Below are positions 1-11,799 of a DNA stretch of 64,000 nt, one piece after another. Position numbers and translations under genes: made by a program. Source of the DNA: Felis catus (Eukaryota); assembly GCF_018350175.1 (NCBI RefSeq), contig NC_058368.1:225992001-226056000 (forward strand). The letters are read 5' to 3'. Below the pieces are notes generated by a model. It was not told the origin of the DNA, searched no databases, and saw only the letters and a program-made list of their open reading frames with translations. Each line of letters opens with the position of its first letter. The stretch's first letter is position 1.

Positions 1-208
1 TTCTTTCTTTCTTTCTTTCTCTGTCTCTCTTTCCTTCCTTCCTTCCTTCCTTCCTTCCTTCCTTCCTTCCTTCCTTCCTCTTTTTCTTTCTTTCTCTTTC
101 TTTCTTTCTTTTTTCCTTTCTTTACTCTTTCTTTCTTTCTTTCTTTCTCTCTCTCTCTCTTTCCTTCCTTCCTTCCTTCCTTCCTTCCTTCCTTCCTTCC
201 TCTTTTTT

Positions 209-280
<72 letters not shown>

Positions 281-299
281 TCCCCTCTCCCTCCCTTCC

Positions 300-330
<31 letters not shown>

Positions 331-461
331 CTCTTTCTCTCTTTCTCTCTTTCTCTCTTTCTCTCTTTCTCTCCTTCTCTCTCTCTTTCTCTCTTTCTCT
401 CTTTCTCTTTCTTTCCTTCCTTCCTTCCCTCCTTTTTCTTTCTTTCTCTTTCTTTCTTTCT

Positions 462-493
<32 letters not shown>

Positions 494-502
494 TTTCTTT
501 GC

Positions 503-541
<39 letters not shown>

Positions 542-596
542 CTCTTTCTCTGTCTCTCTTTCCTTCCTTCCTTCCTTCCTTCCTTCCTCTTTTTTC

Positions 597-651
<55 letters not shown>

Positions 652-670
652 TCCCCTCTCCCTCCCTTCC

Positions 671-702
<32 letters not shown>

Positions 703-813
703 TCCTCTCTTTCTCTCTTTCTCTCTTTCTCTCTTTCTCTTTCTTTCCTTCCTTCCTTCCCTCCTCTCTTTTTCTTTCTTTCTCTTTCTTTCTTTCTTTT
801 TTCCTTTCTTTGC

Positions 814-852
<39 letters not shown>

Positions 853-1030
853 CTGTCTCTCTTTCCTTCCTTCCTTCCTTCCTTCCTTCCTTCCTTCCTT
901 CCTTCCTTCCTTCCTCTTTTTCTTTCTTTCTTTCTTTTTTCCTTTCTTTACTCTTTCTTTCTTTCTTTCTTTCTCTCTCTCTCTCCTTCCTTCCTTCCTT
1001 CCTTCCTTCCTTCCTTCCTTCCTTCCTTCC

Positions 1031-1085
<55 letters not shown>

Positions 1086-1275
1086 CTCTGTCTCTCTTTC
1101 CTTCCTTCCTTCCTTCCTTCCTTCCTTCCTTCCTTCCTTCCTTCCTTCCTCTTTTTCTTTCTTTCTCTTTCTTTCTTTCTTTTTTCCTTTCTTTACTCTT
1201 TCTTTCTTTCTTTCTTTCTTTCTCTCTCTCTCTCTTTCCTTCCTTCCTTCCTTCCTTCCTTCCTTCCTTCCTTCC

Positions 1276-1343
<68 letters not shown>

Positions 1344-1362
1344 TCCCCTCTCCCTCCCTTCC

Positions 1363-1413
<51 letters not shown>

Positions 1414-1485
1414 CTCTTTCTCTCTTTCTCTCTTTCTCTCTTTCTCTTTCTTTCCTTCCTTCCTTCCCTCCTTTTTCTTTCTTTC

Positions 1486-1529
<44 letters not shown>

Positions 1530-1544
1530 TTTTCCTTTCTTTGC

Positions 1545-1591
<47 letters not shown>

Positions 1592-1735
1592 CTGTCTCTC
1601 CTTCCTTCCTTCCTTCCTTCCTTCCTTCCTTCCTTCCTTCCTTCCTTCCTTCCTTCCTTCCTTCCTTCCTTCCTTCCTTCCTTCCTTCCTTCCTTCCTTC
1701 CTTCCTTCCTTCCTTCCTTCCTTCCTTCCTTCCTT
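1..1735. repeat. Compound polypyrimidine microsatellite (TTTC)n/(TTCC)n/(TC)n, running off the left edge
   Basis: Only 11 purines in 1735 nt. The tract ends in about 33 pure TTCC units (1601-1735). Confidence 0.99.
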
Positions 1736-1975
1736 GAGTCTCTGAAGAAGAATCTACTTCCAAGCTTATTCAGGTTGCTCGTGGAATCAAGTTCCTTACA
1801 ATTGTAGGACTGAGGTCCATTTTCTTGCTCGCTTTCTGTCCCCTCTACATGGCCTCTTTCATCTTGAGTCAGCAATGTCATGAAGAGCCCTTCTCATGCT
1901 TCGAATCTCCCTGACTTCTCCTGTCTTCTTCTCCAACCTCACTCTCATGCCTGCAGCAGGAGAAAGTTCTCTGGT
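1736..1975 (-). mobile_element. MaLR LTR fragment (MLT1E/F-like)
   Basis: gaagaatctacttccaagcttattcaggttg...gttccttacaattgtaggactgaggtcc...ccttctcatgcttcgaatctc matches the recalled MLT1E/F consensus. Confidence 0.75.
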
Positions 1976-3427
1976 GTCCCAGTGCTGAGTAGGATCTGCG
2001 GAGATACAAGATGCAGAACCCCAGGTGGGGGGGGGAGGGGGCATTCTTATCGTCAGGTATCCTGTTTGGAACAACGCCTGCTGCTGTCGCTGGCGAACCT
2101 GATGGCACGCTACAGGGGCATTACCCCATCCAGGCTTGGCAGAATCCTGGAGGTGACGCTTTCCAGAAAGGCCGGAACAAATTAAACGTCCAGCAGAGAA
2201 GATTGTGGGTTGACAAAATGGCCCGAGCCCATTTTCCGAAGCGAAAATTGAAGGTGTGCTTTTGGAGGATACAGACACACATCACTGAAAGCGGGTTTAG
2301 TTTAAAGGCAAAAAAAAAAGTAATAAAAGGGCACTCTTCGTTTCTTGCTTCAGCTCCTCTATTTCTAGAAAGTCTAATACAAGAATATGATCTGAGAAAA
2401 TGCTTCGCTCCTACCCACCCCCAACTACATAAGTTATGCAGCAGTGAGGCTCGTATCCTTTGTCAAAAAGAAGACACCAAAGAATTCCATTTCCTTATTC
2501 AAATTACCTTCTCGTAAAACAGCTAGAAGAAGAATTTTAGAAGTTTTTGTTTTTAATGGACAACTTAAATAATTGTTCATGATCATTCAGCCTTCCTTTC
2601 CAATTTATCAAGCACTGATTATTCATCCAGAATGTCATGGCAAACAGATTTCCAAATCATTCTCAGACCTTCTGGCAAATTCTCACTTTACAAAAAAAAA
2701 AAAAGTTTCACAAATGAGCCTGCGTATGCTATAGAGGAGGAAGAAAAAACCGTGGAGCTGAAATTTATGCATGACTCAAGAATTGTACTTAGGATTTAGT
2801 TTCAAGTTCCAGGTGTGTGGCATAAGTACCTTGGTTGAGGAGGGAAAGACCAAACAGTTGTGATAAACAGAGTAATGCTGTAGTTCGTTTATCTACTCCC
2901 TGGCTCAAGAACTGTGGCTAAATACTAGAAAATGAAGGGAAGGAGTAGAGATTAGAGGACTCACTACGTTTGCCCTTATCTTACCTACAGAAGGGCGTTT
3001 TACCTACCATTCCCAGTTTGGGGGAAAGGCCATATAAGATTATTTAAAACTTGTTACTTATGGAATACATTCATTTTCAAATTTTTTGGGAGACTGGTAG
3101 GATTATATGGAAGACAGGGGGCTATATGCAACCAATCCGAAGATTGTTTTTAAAAAATGCAGCCAGAATAAAGAAAGATTACTGCCTACATCGTGGGCAT
3201 GACATACACTTCAAATTTATTTCATCAGGATTTCTTTACCTGGTGTCCACGAACTCCAGGATTGAGGGAGGCTGCAAACATGGATGGGAAACATTATATT
3301 CTTGTTTTTTTTTTTTTTTTTTTTTTACTTTAACTGAAACTGAACATTTCCTTCAATTATGAATGTAGGTTTTATTAGACTGTCGAAGGAATTCATGCTG
3401 AGCACATACAAAAAAAAAAGGGCAAAC

Positions 3428-3455
3428 CTTTTTTTTTTAAGTTTTATTTATTTAC

Positions 3456-3502
<47 letters not shown>

Positions 3503-3664
3503 ATGGAGGAGGGGCAGAGAGAGAGGGAGAGAAAGAATCCCAAGCAGGCTCCATGCTGTCAGTGCAGAGCCAGATGCGGGGCTCAAACTCACGAACTGCG
3601 AGATCATGACCTGAGCCAAAATTAAGAGCTGGATGCTTAAGCTACTGATCCACCCAGGTGCCCC
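3428..3664 (-). mobile_element. SINEC (Can-SINE, feline type)
   Basis: Poly-T tail, (GA)n tract, and the reverse-complement tRNA-derived head ending ccacccaggtgcccc. Confidence 0.95.
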
Positions 3665-4028
3665 AAAAAGGATAAAACTTCTTTCCCCCAAAAGGATAAA
3701 ACTTCTTGAATAGCAGACTTTTCACCAGTAAGTGGGAAAATAAAAATGTTTCATGTTTGAACCAAAGTATCAGTGCTTTCAACTAGTAAATATATGAATC
3801 CAGTAAGAAAGGTTTCAGATGAAAGGATATTGGTCATATTACCCACCACAGTCTATACATATATATCATTTCAGTCTCTACAGTTGTTATTTTCAATTCA
3901 ATTCTATTTGTTTTCTGAGTACTATGAGACAGATATTTTCTAAGCTCTGGGGGTTACAATAATTGCAAAAGCGTCCAGTGTTGTGAAGCTGCTAGGTACA
4001 TGGTAACTATAATAAAAGGAATGTGTGA

Positions 4029-4030
<2 letters not shown>

Positions 4031-4075
<45 letters not shown>
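4031..4075. repeat. (TG)n microsatellite
   Basis: Direct reading. Confidence 0.97.
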
Positions 4076-4076
<1 letters not shown>

Positions 4077-4879
4077 GAGAGATAAAACAAAATTATTCAA
4101 TACCTTACTGGGACTCTATGTGTATTGGTGGGGAGCTTAGGTCTTCACAGGATTTGTTGTCTTCTTCCATTCTTTATAGACCCAGTTTTTTGAGCATCCA
4201 CCTTGTACAAGGCACGAAGCTAAAGTAGGGGGTAGTGTTTTGTTGGGCCGTTGGACACATCCACACTCACACATCCAAACAAAACTAATATACTCTTCCT
4301 GGTGATCTCATGCAACTCTAGCCAGATAAGGTCATTTCTACTCCCTGACTTTTGCATCCAGTTTTCCAGATCACTTGGACCAAAGGACAGAAGTCTACAG
4401 AGAAGTTGTCACAAACTCATTCGTAAAAGATTCATCTCGGGGGTTACCTCATCAAGAAGTACTCCCCGACTCTCCTACCCAGTGGTCATCAGATCTTCCT
4501 CTGTGAACCTATGTGACTTCGTCTCTCTTTGGTACAGCCCTTATCTTATGTATCATAACCATCTGTGCCCCTCAAAAACTGCTTGCTAGACTGAGGTGAC
4601 TTCAAATACTATGGTGAAGGAATAACCTTCATGATATCTTTTTTGGGATATTAGACTAAGTAAATAATGTACTAAACGGATAGGTAAAATTTTTCTCTCT
4701 CTTTCCTCTCCCCAAAGAAAGTAGCCATCAGTTAAAAATGAAAATCTTTAGCTGAGAAATATTAACATAAGTACATTTTTAAAATTTTCCCATCATTAAT
4801 GAGCTTTGGTTATTATTTATGTCAATAAATGAATTGATAAATGGATGGATGTAGTAGACAGATAAATGGTCTAGATAGC

Positions 4880-5120
4880 AAGAGACCAGAGTTCTGGTCA
4901 ACTGCATGAATCACCTCTGTGATCTTACAGAATGCATTCTTCTAATTGGTTGATTGATTGTAATTACTTTCTTAATTTCTCCATACTAATTCCTCTTTCT
5001 TAATTTCATCATCTATAAATACGGAGCTAGTGACCTTTGCCCTGTCTGTATGACAGAGTTGTTTAGAGGTTCAAATGAGACAGTATATGTCAGACCTCTA
5101 TATAAATAGTCTAACTGTCC
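4880..5120 (+). mobile_element. MIR SINE, degraded
   Basis: tttcatcatctataaa...gagttgtttagaggttcaaatgagacagtatatgt resembles the MIR core and 3' segment. Confidence 0.65.
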
Positions 5121-5569
5121 AGACTAAACCAGTGATGTTATTAGTACAGACACGATTGTTATTCGCAAATAATTTATAACTTCATAATTTACAATTGGCT
5201 AATTATTTCCATCATCAAAATAGAGTCATACAAAGACTTGCCACTAATCTCTATGTTTATATTAATAGTTATTAATATTATTATCATTTATAATATTTCT
5301 TCATAATAATAAATATTAATATCTGTTTATATTAATATTTCCTAGGTCATTTAAGTCCATACTCTTGTATGTCAGAGATATTTTGGGATACAGATTTATT
5401 TTCAGGCCCAAATCTGTGTTATATTTATTTAACTGTAAATAAATACCTTGAACACTTGATTATGTTTTTCAACTTAGGTTAAAAGGAAATTTAAGACTCA
5501 ATTGACAGTTTTAAATGGATATTTTTATCTCATTTTGCCCTCAACTTTCAGTTGAAGTTCCCTGGTCAG

Positions 5570-6037
5570 TGTGGTAGATTTGGCTGGCTGCCTAGCCAAC
5601 GGCCTTTTTCCTTCTTTCTTCCTCCTTGTTTATGGAATGCCAGTTTTGTTCAGGAAACTGACAGTGATGATTTACTAGCCTCTTCCCCAGGAGATGAATC
5701 ATGGATGGTTCTAGGCCATTCACAGCAACCTCATTCCTCTTTGCCAAAGGTTGGTTTAGGGGTTGGCATATGACCCGAATCTGGCTCATGAAATCTAACA
5801 AGTCTGTTGCGGAGGAATAAAGGACGTTCTAGGAAAGATTTTCTTCCCAGATAAAAAGAAATAGACACACAAAAAGAAGCCTTCTTCTTCCTTCCCGCTT
5901 TTAGATATTGTTACGAGAGGATCTGTTGGTCGGCACTGTGGCAGCTGTCTTCAGACCCTGGAGGAAAAGTCAGGAGACCTACAGAAAAGGTGACACCGAG
6001 AAACTTCTGAATTAACCAACCCTAGAACTGCTTACTC
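5570..6037 (+). mobile_element. MaLR LTR (MLT1I/J-like)
   Basis: tgtggtag start, ggcatatgacccgaatctggc and gtggcagctgtcttcagacc motifs typical of old MLT1. Confidence 0.7.
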
Positions 6038-6868
6038 ACCATTAGAAGAGTAAAAAGACAGGCCAAAGAATGAAAGATGATCCTTCCAACAAAGAATGTA
6101 GATAGCGCTTAAAAATTGATAATAAAAAAGAGACAAAAAATAGGTAGACTTGAATAGGCATTATGCACACAACATATGCAGAGCACCAAAAAATATACGC
6201 AATAGTGGTCAATATCATCGGTCTTCAGAAAAAGGCAAATTAAAATCACAAGATAGCACTGTATGCCCGCCAGAATGGCTACCATGAACAGGACTGACCA
6301 ACTAAGTGGTGGTAACGATGTGGGGAAACCAGAATTCTCAGGTTGTCGTTGGAAGGGTAAATTGGGGAAATCTTTGACAAGATCTAGTAAAGTGACTTCT
6401 GCATTCCTGTTGAACCAGCAATTCTGCTCCTAGGTATCACCCAACAGAAATGTGTACATGTGTTTACCAAGAATATTCACAACAGTACACTTTCAAATCC
6501 CTTCAAAGTAGAAACAGCCCCCAAATTAATCAGTGTACAATGGATACATACATTATGGTATATTCACATATCAGATACTGAAGAACAATATAAATATAGG
6601 AACTACTGTTACACACAGCAACATACATTTAATAAACATAATTTTGAGCAAAGGGCACATCCCAGATGACGCCATTTGTATAAAGTTCAAAAAACAAGCA
6701 AAACTAAATTCTGTTCTTAGAAGTCAAGGCAGGGATGGGGAGGGGGGTCACAAAAGGATGTTTTTTCTGCTGCTGGCCATGCTCTGCTTCTTGATAATGG
6801 GTTTTGATTACATGTTCTGTTTACTTTATGAATGAAAACTAATTGAGTTATGTGTTAATATCTGTATA

Positions 6869-8093
6869 CAGTTGACCCTCGAATAACACAGGTTCGAGCC
6901 AGGCGGTTCCACTTATACACTTCTTTCGGTTTTTGGGTTTTTGCTGCACAAGCTTTGTTGTTTACATTTGGTGCCCAGCTTGGGCCAGGGCTCCAGAGTG
7001 GTTAAAAAGCTAGGCAGCAGCTGCAGGGAGAGGCTCAGGCAGAAGCACTGAGGCCAGGGGGCCTGGGGGGTAGGGGTGGTGGGTGCCAGAGTGGCCCCTC
7101 AGGGCTGTTGGCCTTTGCAAGCTCTTAGTCCTGCTCACATTAAGCTTTGTAAGAGACGCTCACCCATCCAGGCTGCACGGGGGAGTCAGGGGGTCGCCAT
7201 TTCTTGATGCATTTCACCTGCTCCTCTGGGAAGTGGCTCCCCGGACGTCCCAGAGGCTGGGGATGCGGGTGCGGGCAGAACCCGGGGCACAAAGATCCAA
7301 AAGGGCCTGCTTCGGGTTCTCCTCTACGATCATGGTGGCTGCCATGCCAGGGTTTTACCCCGCGCATCTTGGGGTGGTTTCTGGGCCTCCCGGAAGGCTA
7401 CCCTGCTGCTTTTACGTCTTCGAGAGATGCTGGGCTCCCTGGGCTTCTCCTCGGCCAGTCCTGGGAAGAAGTGGCCCGCGCCACCTAGAGCCTCATCCTC
7501 CCGGGAAATAGGAAGCCTAGAGAGATGTGGGTGCAGGAGGCTCGCAGGTGCCTGGTGACCTGGCCAATGGCGGATTAGTTCTGATGGGACTGGGGGCTCC
7601 TGGCTGATGGACAATAAGGAGCTAAGCTCAAAATAAAGTGTTGGCTGCTCCCGGGGGCAGAGGATGGCTGAGAAGACAGTTCTGAAAGTTGTGACTGGAA
7701 AAGATGTTGGAGGATGATGGGAGGCTGAAAGCGGGGGTGGGGAGGGGGTGGGGGGGGTGGGTGTTGCATCCCTGGATTTGTTCCTTCCAAATATTGTGGA
7801 AGCAAGGGACAGGTCTGCCGATTTTTTATAGTGCAGGAATGTAAAAGCATTTTCTCTCCCTTACCATCGTTTTAATAAGCTTTTCTTTTCTCTGGTGACT
7901 TTATTGTAAGAATACCCTATCACTGCATATTACATACAAAATTGCGTTAATCCACCACTTATGTATTCAGTAAGGCTTTGGAGCAACCGTAGGCTATTAC
8001 TAGCTAAGTTTTGGGGGAGTCAAAAGTTATACTGGGATTTTCTACTTTTGGAGGGTCAGCACCCCAACCCCCACATTGTTCAAGGGTCAGCTG
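6869..8093 (+). mobile_element. Tigger2a-type (Tc1/mariner) non-autonomous DNA transposon, interrupted at 6921-7819
   Basis: TIRs cagttgaccctcgaataacac ... ttgttcaagggtcagctg with TA target duplication. Internal gtaggctattactagctaagttttgggggagtcaaaagttata is diagnostic. Confidence 0.9.
6921..7819 (-). pseudogene. Probable 5'-truncated processed retrocopy of an unidentified GC-rich mRNA
   Basis: GC-rich non-TE sequence inserted at the T-run of Tigger2a. It has a decayed poly-T at the left end and, on the minus strand, AACAAA (possible decayed AATAAA) about 12 nt before the tail. Confidence 0.6.
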
Positions 8094-8658
8094 TACCTCT
8101 TCTGAATGTATGTTTGCTTCAATAAAAATACTGTTTAAAAAATAATTGAAAGAGAAAAAAATAAGGTAAGGAGAAGTGTTAGCTTTGGAAAAGGAACAGA
8201 AAACAGAAGAAGTGTGTAAAGGGAAAACAGCATTTGCCAAGGGGCCCTGCCATCCCAAACAAGGGTGTGTGTGGGTTCAGAGGTATTGCCTCGTGCTTCT
8301 AAAAGCCTTTCATGGGTTAAATGCTTCCAGAGTCTTTAATACCGACTCTGGCTGTCTCTTGCTGTTCTTGAAGGTAAAGAATAACTTGATTTTCTCTAAA
8401 AAATTAGAATTGACTGGCTGGAGCTGTTCATCTGCCAGAAGTAGATCCTTGTGATTCTGATTCCTGAATGATTTCATAGTTAGGAGTCCATTTCTGTCTC
8501 TCGTAGCACATGATCTTAGATGCATACGTTTCATTTGTAGTGCTTCGACTAATGCACTAACACAGTCAATGCATTTTCCTATTATGTGAGAATACTTCTT
8601 TAGATACAGTGTGTATAATCAGTTTGGAATTTAGGTGAAAACGTAATAACTAACAATT

Positions 8659-8806
8659 TTTTTAATGATTTTTATTTATTTTTGAGAGAGAGATTGCAAG
8701 CAGGCAGGGGGGCAGAGAGAGAGGGGGACAGAGGATCCGAAGGAGTCCCTGCTGTGACAATAGTAAGCCCTCAGATGCTCAATCGACTGAGCCACCCAGG
8801 TGCCCC
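8659..8806 (-). mobile_element. SINEC with internal deletion
   Basis: Perfect 14-bp TSD aataactaacaatt (8645-8658 / 8807-8820). The body is shortened. Confidence 0.92.
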
Positions 8807-10597
8807 AATAACTAACAATTAAAAAAAAAATGTTGCCGGACCTTGATGATTTGCTTCTCTGTAGAGATCCTCCAACATTATTGGCCCCTAATCCATATTG
8901 TTGACCAATGAGTCCTAGTCTGCCTTGGGTTTTTGGCAGTTTTTGTTTTGTTTTTTTTTTTTTCCCCTCCATGTATGCTAGCTTTGGCCCTCTACATAGA
9001 TCATAAGCTATGTCTTATAATCTTTAAAAAATTTTTCTCTAATCTTTGGGCTTTATTCGTAATAAGTGCCCAGTTTTTACTGAATAGTTGCTGGTCACTG
9101 TCATGCTAGGTTAGATAAGGAAAGACCATGCTCATGGGCAATTGGCAGAGTATTTTTCTTGGCGGGATTGAAGGATAGAATAAGGATTCTTCTGCGTATA
9201 GTTACAGGAACTCGAGGAAATGGACTAAGAACATCCTGGCAGTCTCTATCAGTCCTATGGCCTATGCATGTGACAAAAATGACAGGCGAATTATTGTTTG
9301 GCCTACCCAATACCAAACAACTCAGTTGACTTTTTCTTTTTTGCTTTTTAAACAGAATTGACTAGATTACCCAATTGTTTTGTCTTTGTGTAGACAGAGC
9401 CTGGGATTCTATTGATGAAACCATGTTTCATGCTCATTCTCTGAAACAGCTGTAGTTCACCAACTTGAAATAACTTAATGAGGTATTGATTTTACTGCTC
9501 AGCGTGTTCTGAAATAAGTACCAAAATTGTAGAAGGCAACATCATAAGGGAGGGAGAGAAAGAAAGGTGACTTTCTAATGAATACACCAGATGAGTTCCT
9601 GTCAACTTGATTATTTGAATTGGATGCTTTAGAATTAGAGAAATGAATTATTTAATTGGAGTTGAAAAATATGAGTTTATTTTGCTCCTTTGGAATTTGG
9701 AATTGGAGCTGAATCACATGCACTTCAGGAAACGTAAAAGTTCAGGAAAAAAAAAAAACAACAAACCTAGCTCAGAGATAAATTATAGTGGTAAGTTATT
9801 TTTCATGCCAATTTTTAGTTGTTCAAACTAGAAGAAATGGAGAAAGCCTTGGAGTGGAAATAAGACTCTAGGGAAAGGAAATAAAGGAACTGTCCCTTTT
9901 GCCTGTTTCCTAAATACTCCCTGGTGGCTCTTAATGAGCTGCATTATTGCGTTTTGGCTCTGGAGTTGGATGGAGCTCTGCCATAAATTAGCAAGATGGA
10001 GAGAATTTGAATGAGGGTACTGCACAGACAGGCATACAAGGAAACCTCTTCCTCATATTCCATTTGGCTAGATTCTGATTCCGTGGATAAATGGTTGCCA
10101 TCCTGAGGGCCATCTCAAAGTTACCCAACTTTGCAAAGAAGTTGCTAGAATCTCTGGGTCGACAACGATGCTCATCAGGTAATTTTATGTTGACCGGACA
10201 CATTTTCCTGAGCCACTTCCAGACTCTCTTGCCAGTGGTCTCATCTCCTTTCATTAAGAAAACCCATTGATTATTTGTCTGAATGACATAAATTTAGTAT
10301 TCCTCAAGAACACGGAGCGCCTCTATTACAAAACAGGTTAGAACCTAAAGAGGTTGCACCGTGTACCGCAAGAGGAAATGATCCTGAAGCAAAGCAGAGC
10401 AGGTTACGGATGGTCATGAGGAAGAATTCCCAGCGAATTGCATATAGAGAGGCTGCCGGAGTGAAGGACATAGTTGGGAAGAAAATCAGCAGCCTCCTGC
10501 TATGAAGGAAGGCCCTTTTAGGGCCCTTACATTCTCGGATTCTTTCTCAAATTTAAATTTGATTTGGTTTCTTAATTTCAAGAAGATTCCTTTAAAG

Positions 10598-10839
10598 CAA
10601 TGGTTCTCAACTTGGGACAAGGCTGGTTTTGCCCTCCAGGGGACATATGGTGATGTCTGGAGACATTTTGGCTGTCACAACTGGGGAGGAGGGAGTCACT
10701 ACTGGCACCTAGTGAGCAGAGGCCAAGATGCCGATAAACACGTTAGAATGCAGACGACAGCCGCCTTCCCTCCCTTTGCTCCCCACAACAAAGATTGATC
10801 TGGCCCCAAATGTCAACAATGACAAGGTTGAGAAATCCT
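10598..10839 (+). mobile_element. MER20 (hAT-Charlie)
   Basis: caatggttctcaac...ccaggggacat...gtctggagacattttggctgtcacaactgggg...ggccccaaatgtcaac...aggttgagaaatcct. Confidence 0.9.
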
Positions 10840-11799
10840 TAAAGGAAGGACTCTTCTTTATGGTCGTGGAAGAAGGAGGAACTAATAAAAAATTAGGAAG
10901 GATTTAAGATCTGCTGAGTAAAGGAGAGAAATACCAGCCAGGAGCGGCAAAGATATGACAAGATGATTTAATGCTCCCTGTCAGGTGTATGGAGTTCCAT
11001 GACTGTGATGTCTGGCCTGTGTGGCTTAGATTCACTTTGGCTACTTGCCCAGAGCCTCAGGGTCGTAACTGATTTGCATATAATGATGTGTTTACATAAA
11101 ATGTAGTTGTAATAAATACAAACAACAGTGGGTGGTTTTTCTTTAATGTATCTTCTCCATTGCCAGATAATGATCATTTATTGGGCATCTGCTGGGGCCT
11201 GGTGTTGTGTTCAGTATATATTTTTAAAGGCATTCACATTAGTTTCCTTTGTTTTAAAACAGCAACCTACCTCAGCTATCCCCATGAGGATAGTTTAATT
11301 GTTCCAGAAATAGAAGCATCTTCTTTTGAGTCCCTTGCTTTTCCACATGTAGAATAAGTTAGTACAGAAGAAATATAGCTTTGGGATGGAAAGACTTTCT
11401 TTCAGGGTTCCTGCACAAGGAAAAATAGGTCTTACGCACTTGAAATATTAACAATCCTAAGGAGCTTAAAGGGATTTGCATGTCACACCCTTAAACAATG
11501 TTATTCTAGGTCTGTTTCCTGGGTCTCAAATGAAAAGTCGGCTCTGATGAGCTCTAAAGTCTTTTTCCACTAAGAGTCTAGGATTCTGTTCTTCTCTGCC
11601 AGCCAGTTAGAAGTGAGGCAGTTGGGGCCTGTGCTCATCTGGAAAGGCTGCAGGATTTGCAACCATTGATTTCAAGGGCCTCAGGAAGCTGGCAAAATAG
11701 GGTGCCAAACTTTTTGAATAAATGCATTTTCCTGGGGTGAGTTTCTATATTTAAATGATAATCTAAATAGTCTGGGATTCTAAACATTTAAAATCTCCT

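Larger units (their letters stand above)
6040..8145 (+). mobile_element. Old L1 (L1ME-like) 3' end, split by Tigger2a: pieces 6040-6867 and 8095-8145
   Basis: Degenerate ORF2 C-terminus (ggcaaattaaaatcacaagat, ccagcaattctgctcctaggtat). The terminal tgtatgtttgcttcaataaaaa resumes after the Tigger. Confidence 0.8.

Noticed and set aside
499..1807. Long ORFs of 412, 311 and 271 aa (F/L/S/P-rich or K/E/R/G-rich)
   Set aside because: They are translations of a stop-free microsatellite, not genes.
2011..2517. 168-aa ORF in moderately CpG-rich sequence
   Set aside because: No recognisable domain, it runs through G and A homopolymers, and there is no splice or codon evidence.
7083..7614. Overlapping ORFs on both strands of the GC-rich insert
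   Set aside because: Expected from high GC content. None resembles a protein I can name, so no gene symbol is assigned.
11544..11565. CTGATGAGCTC resembling a hammerhead ribozyme core
   Set aside because: No stem II closure or GAAA follows. The context looks like a MIR3/CR1-type 3' tail.
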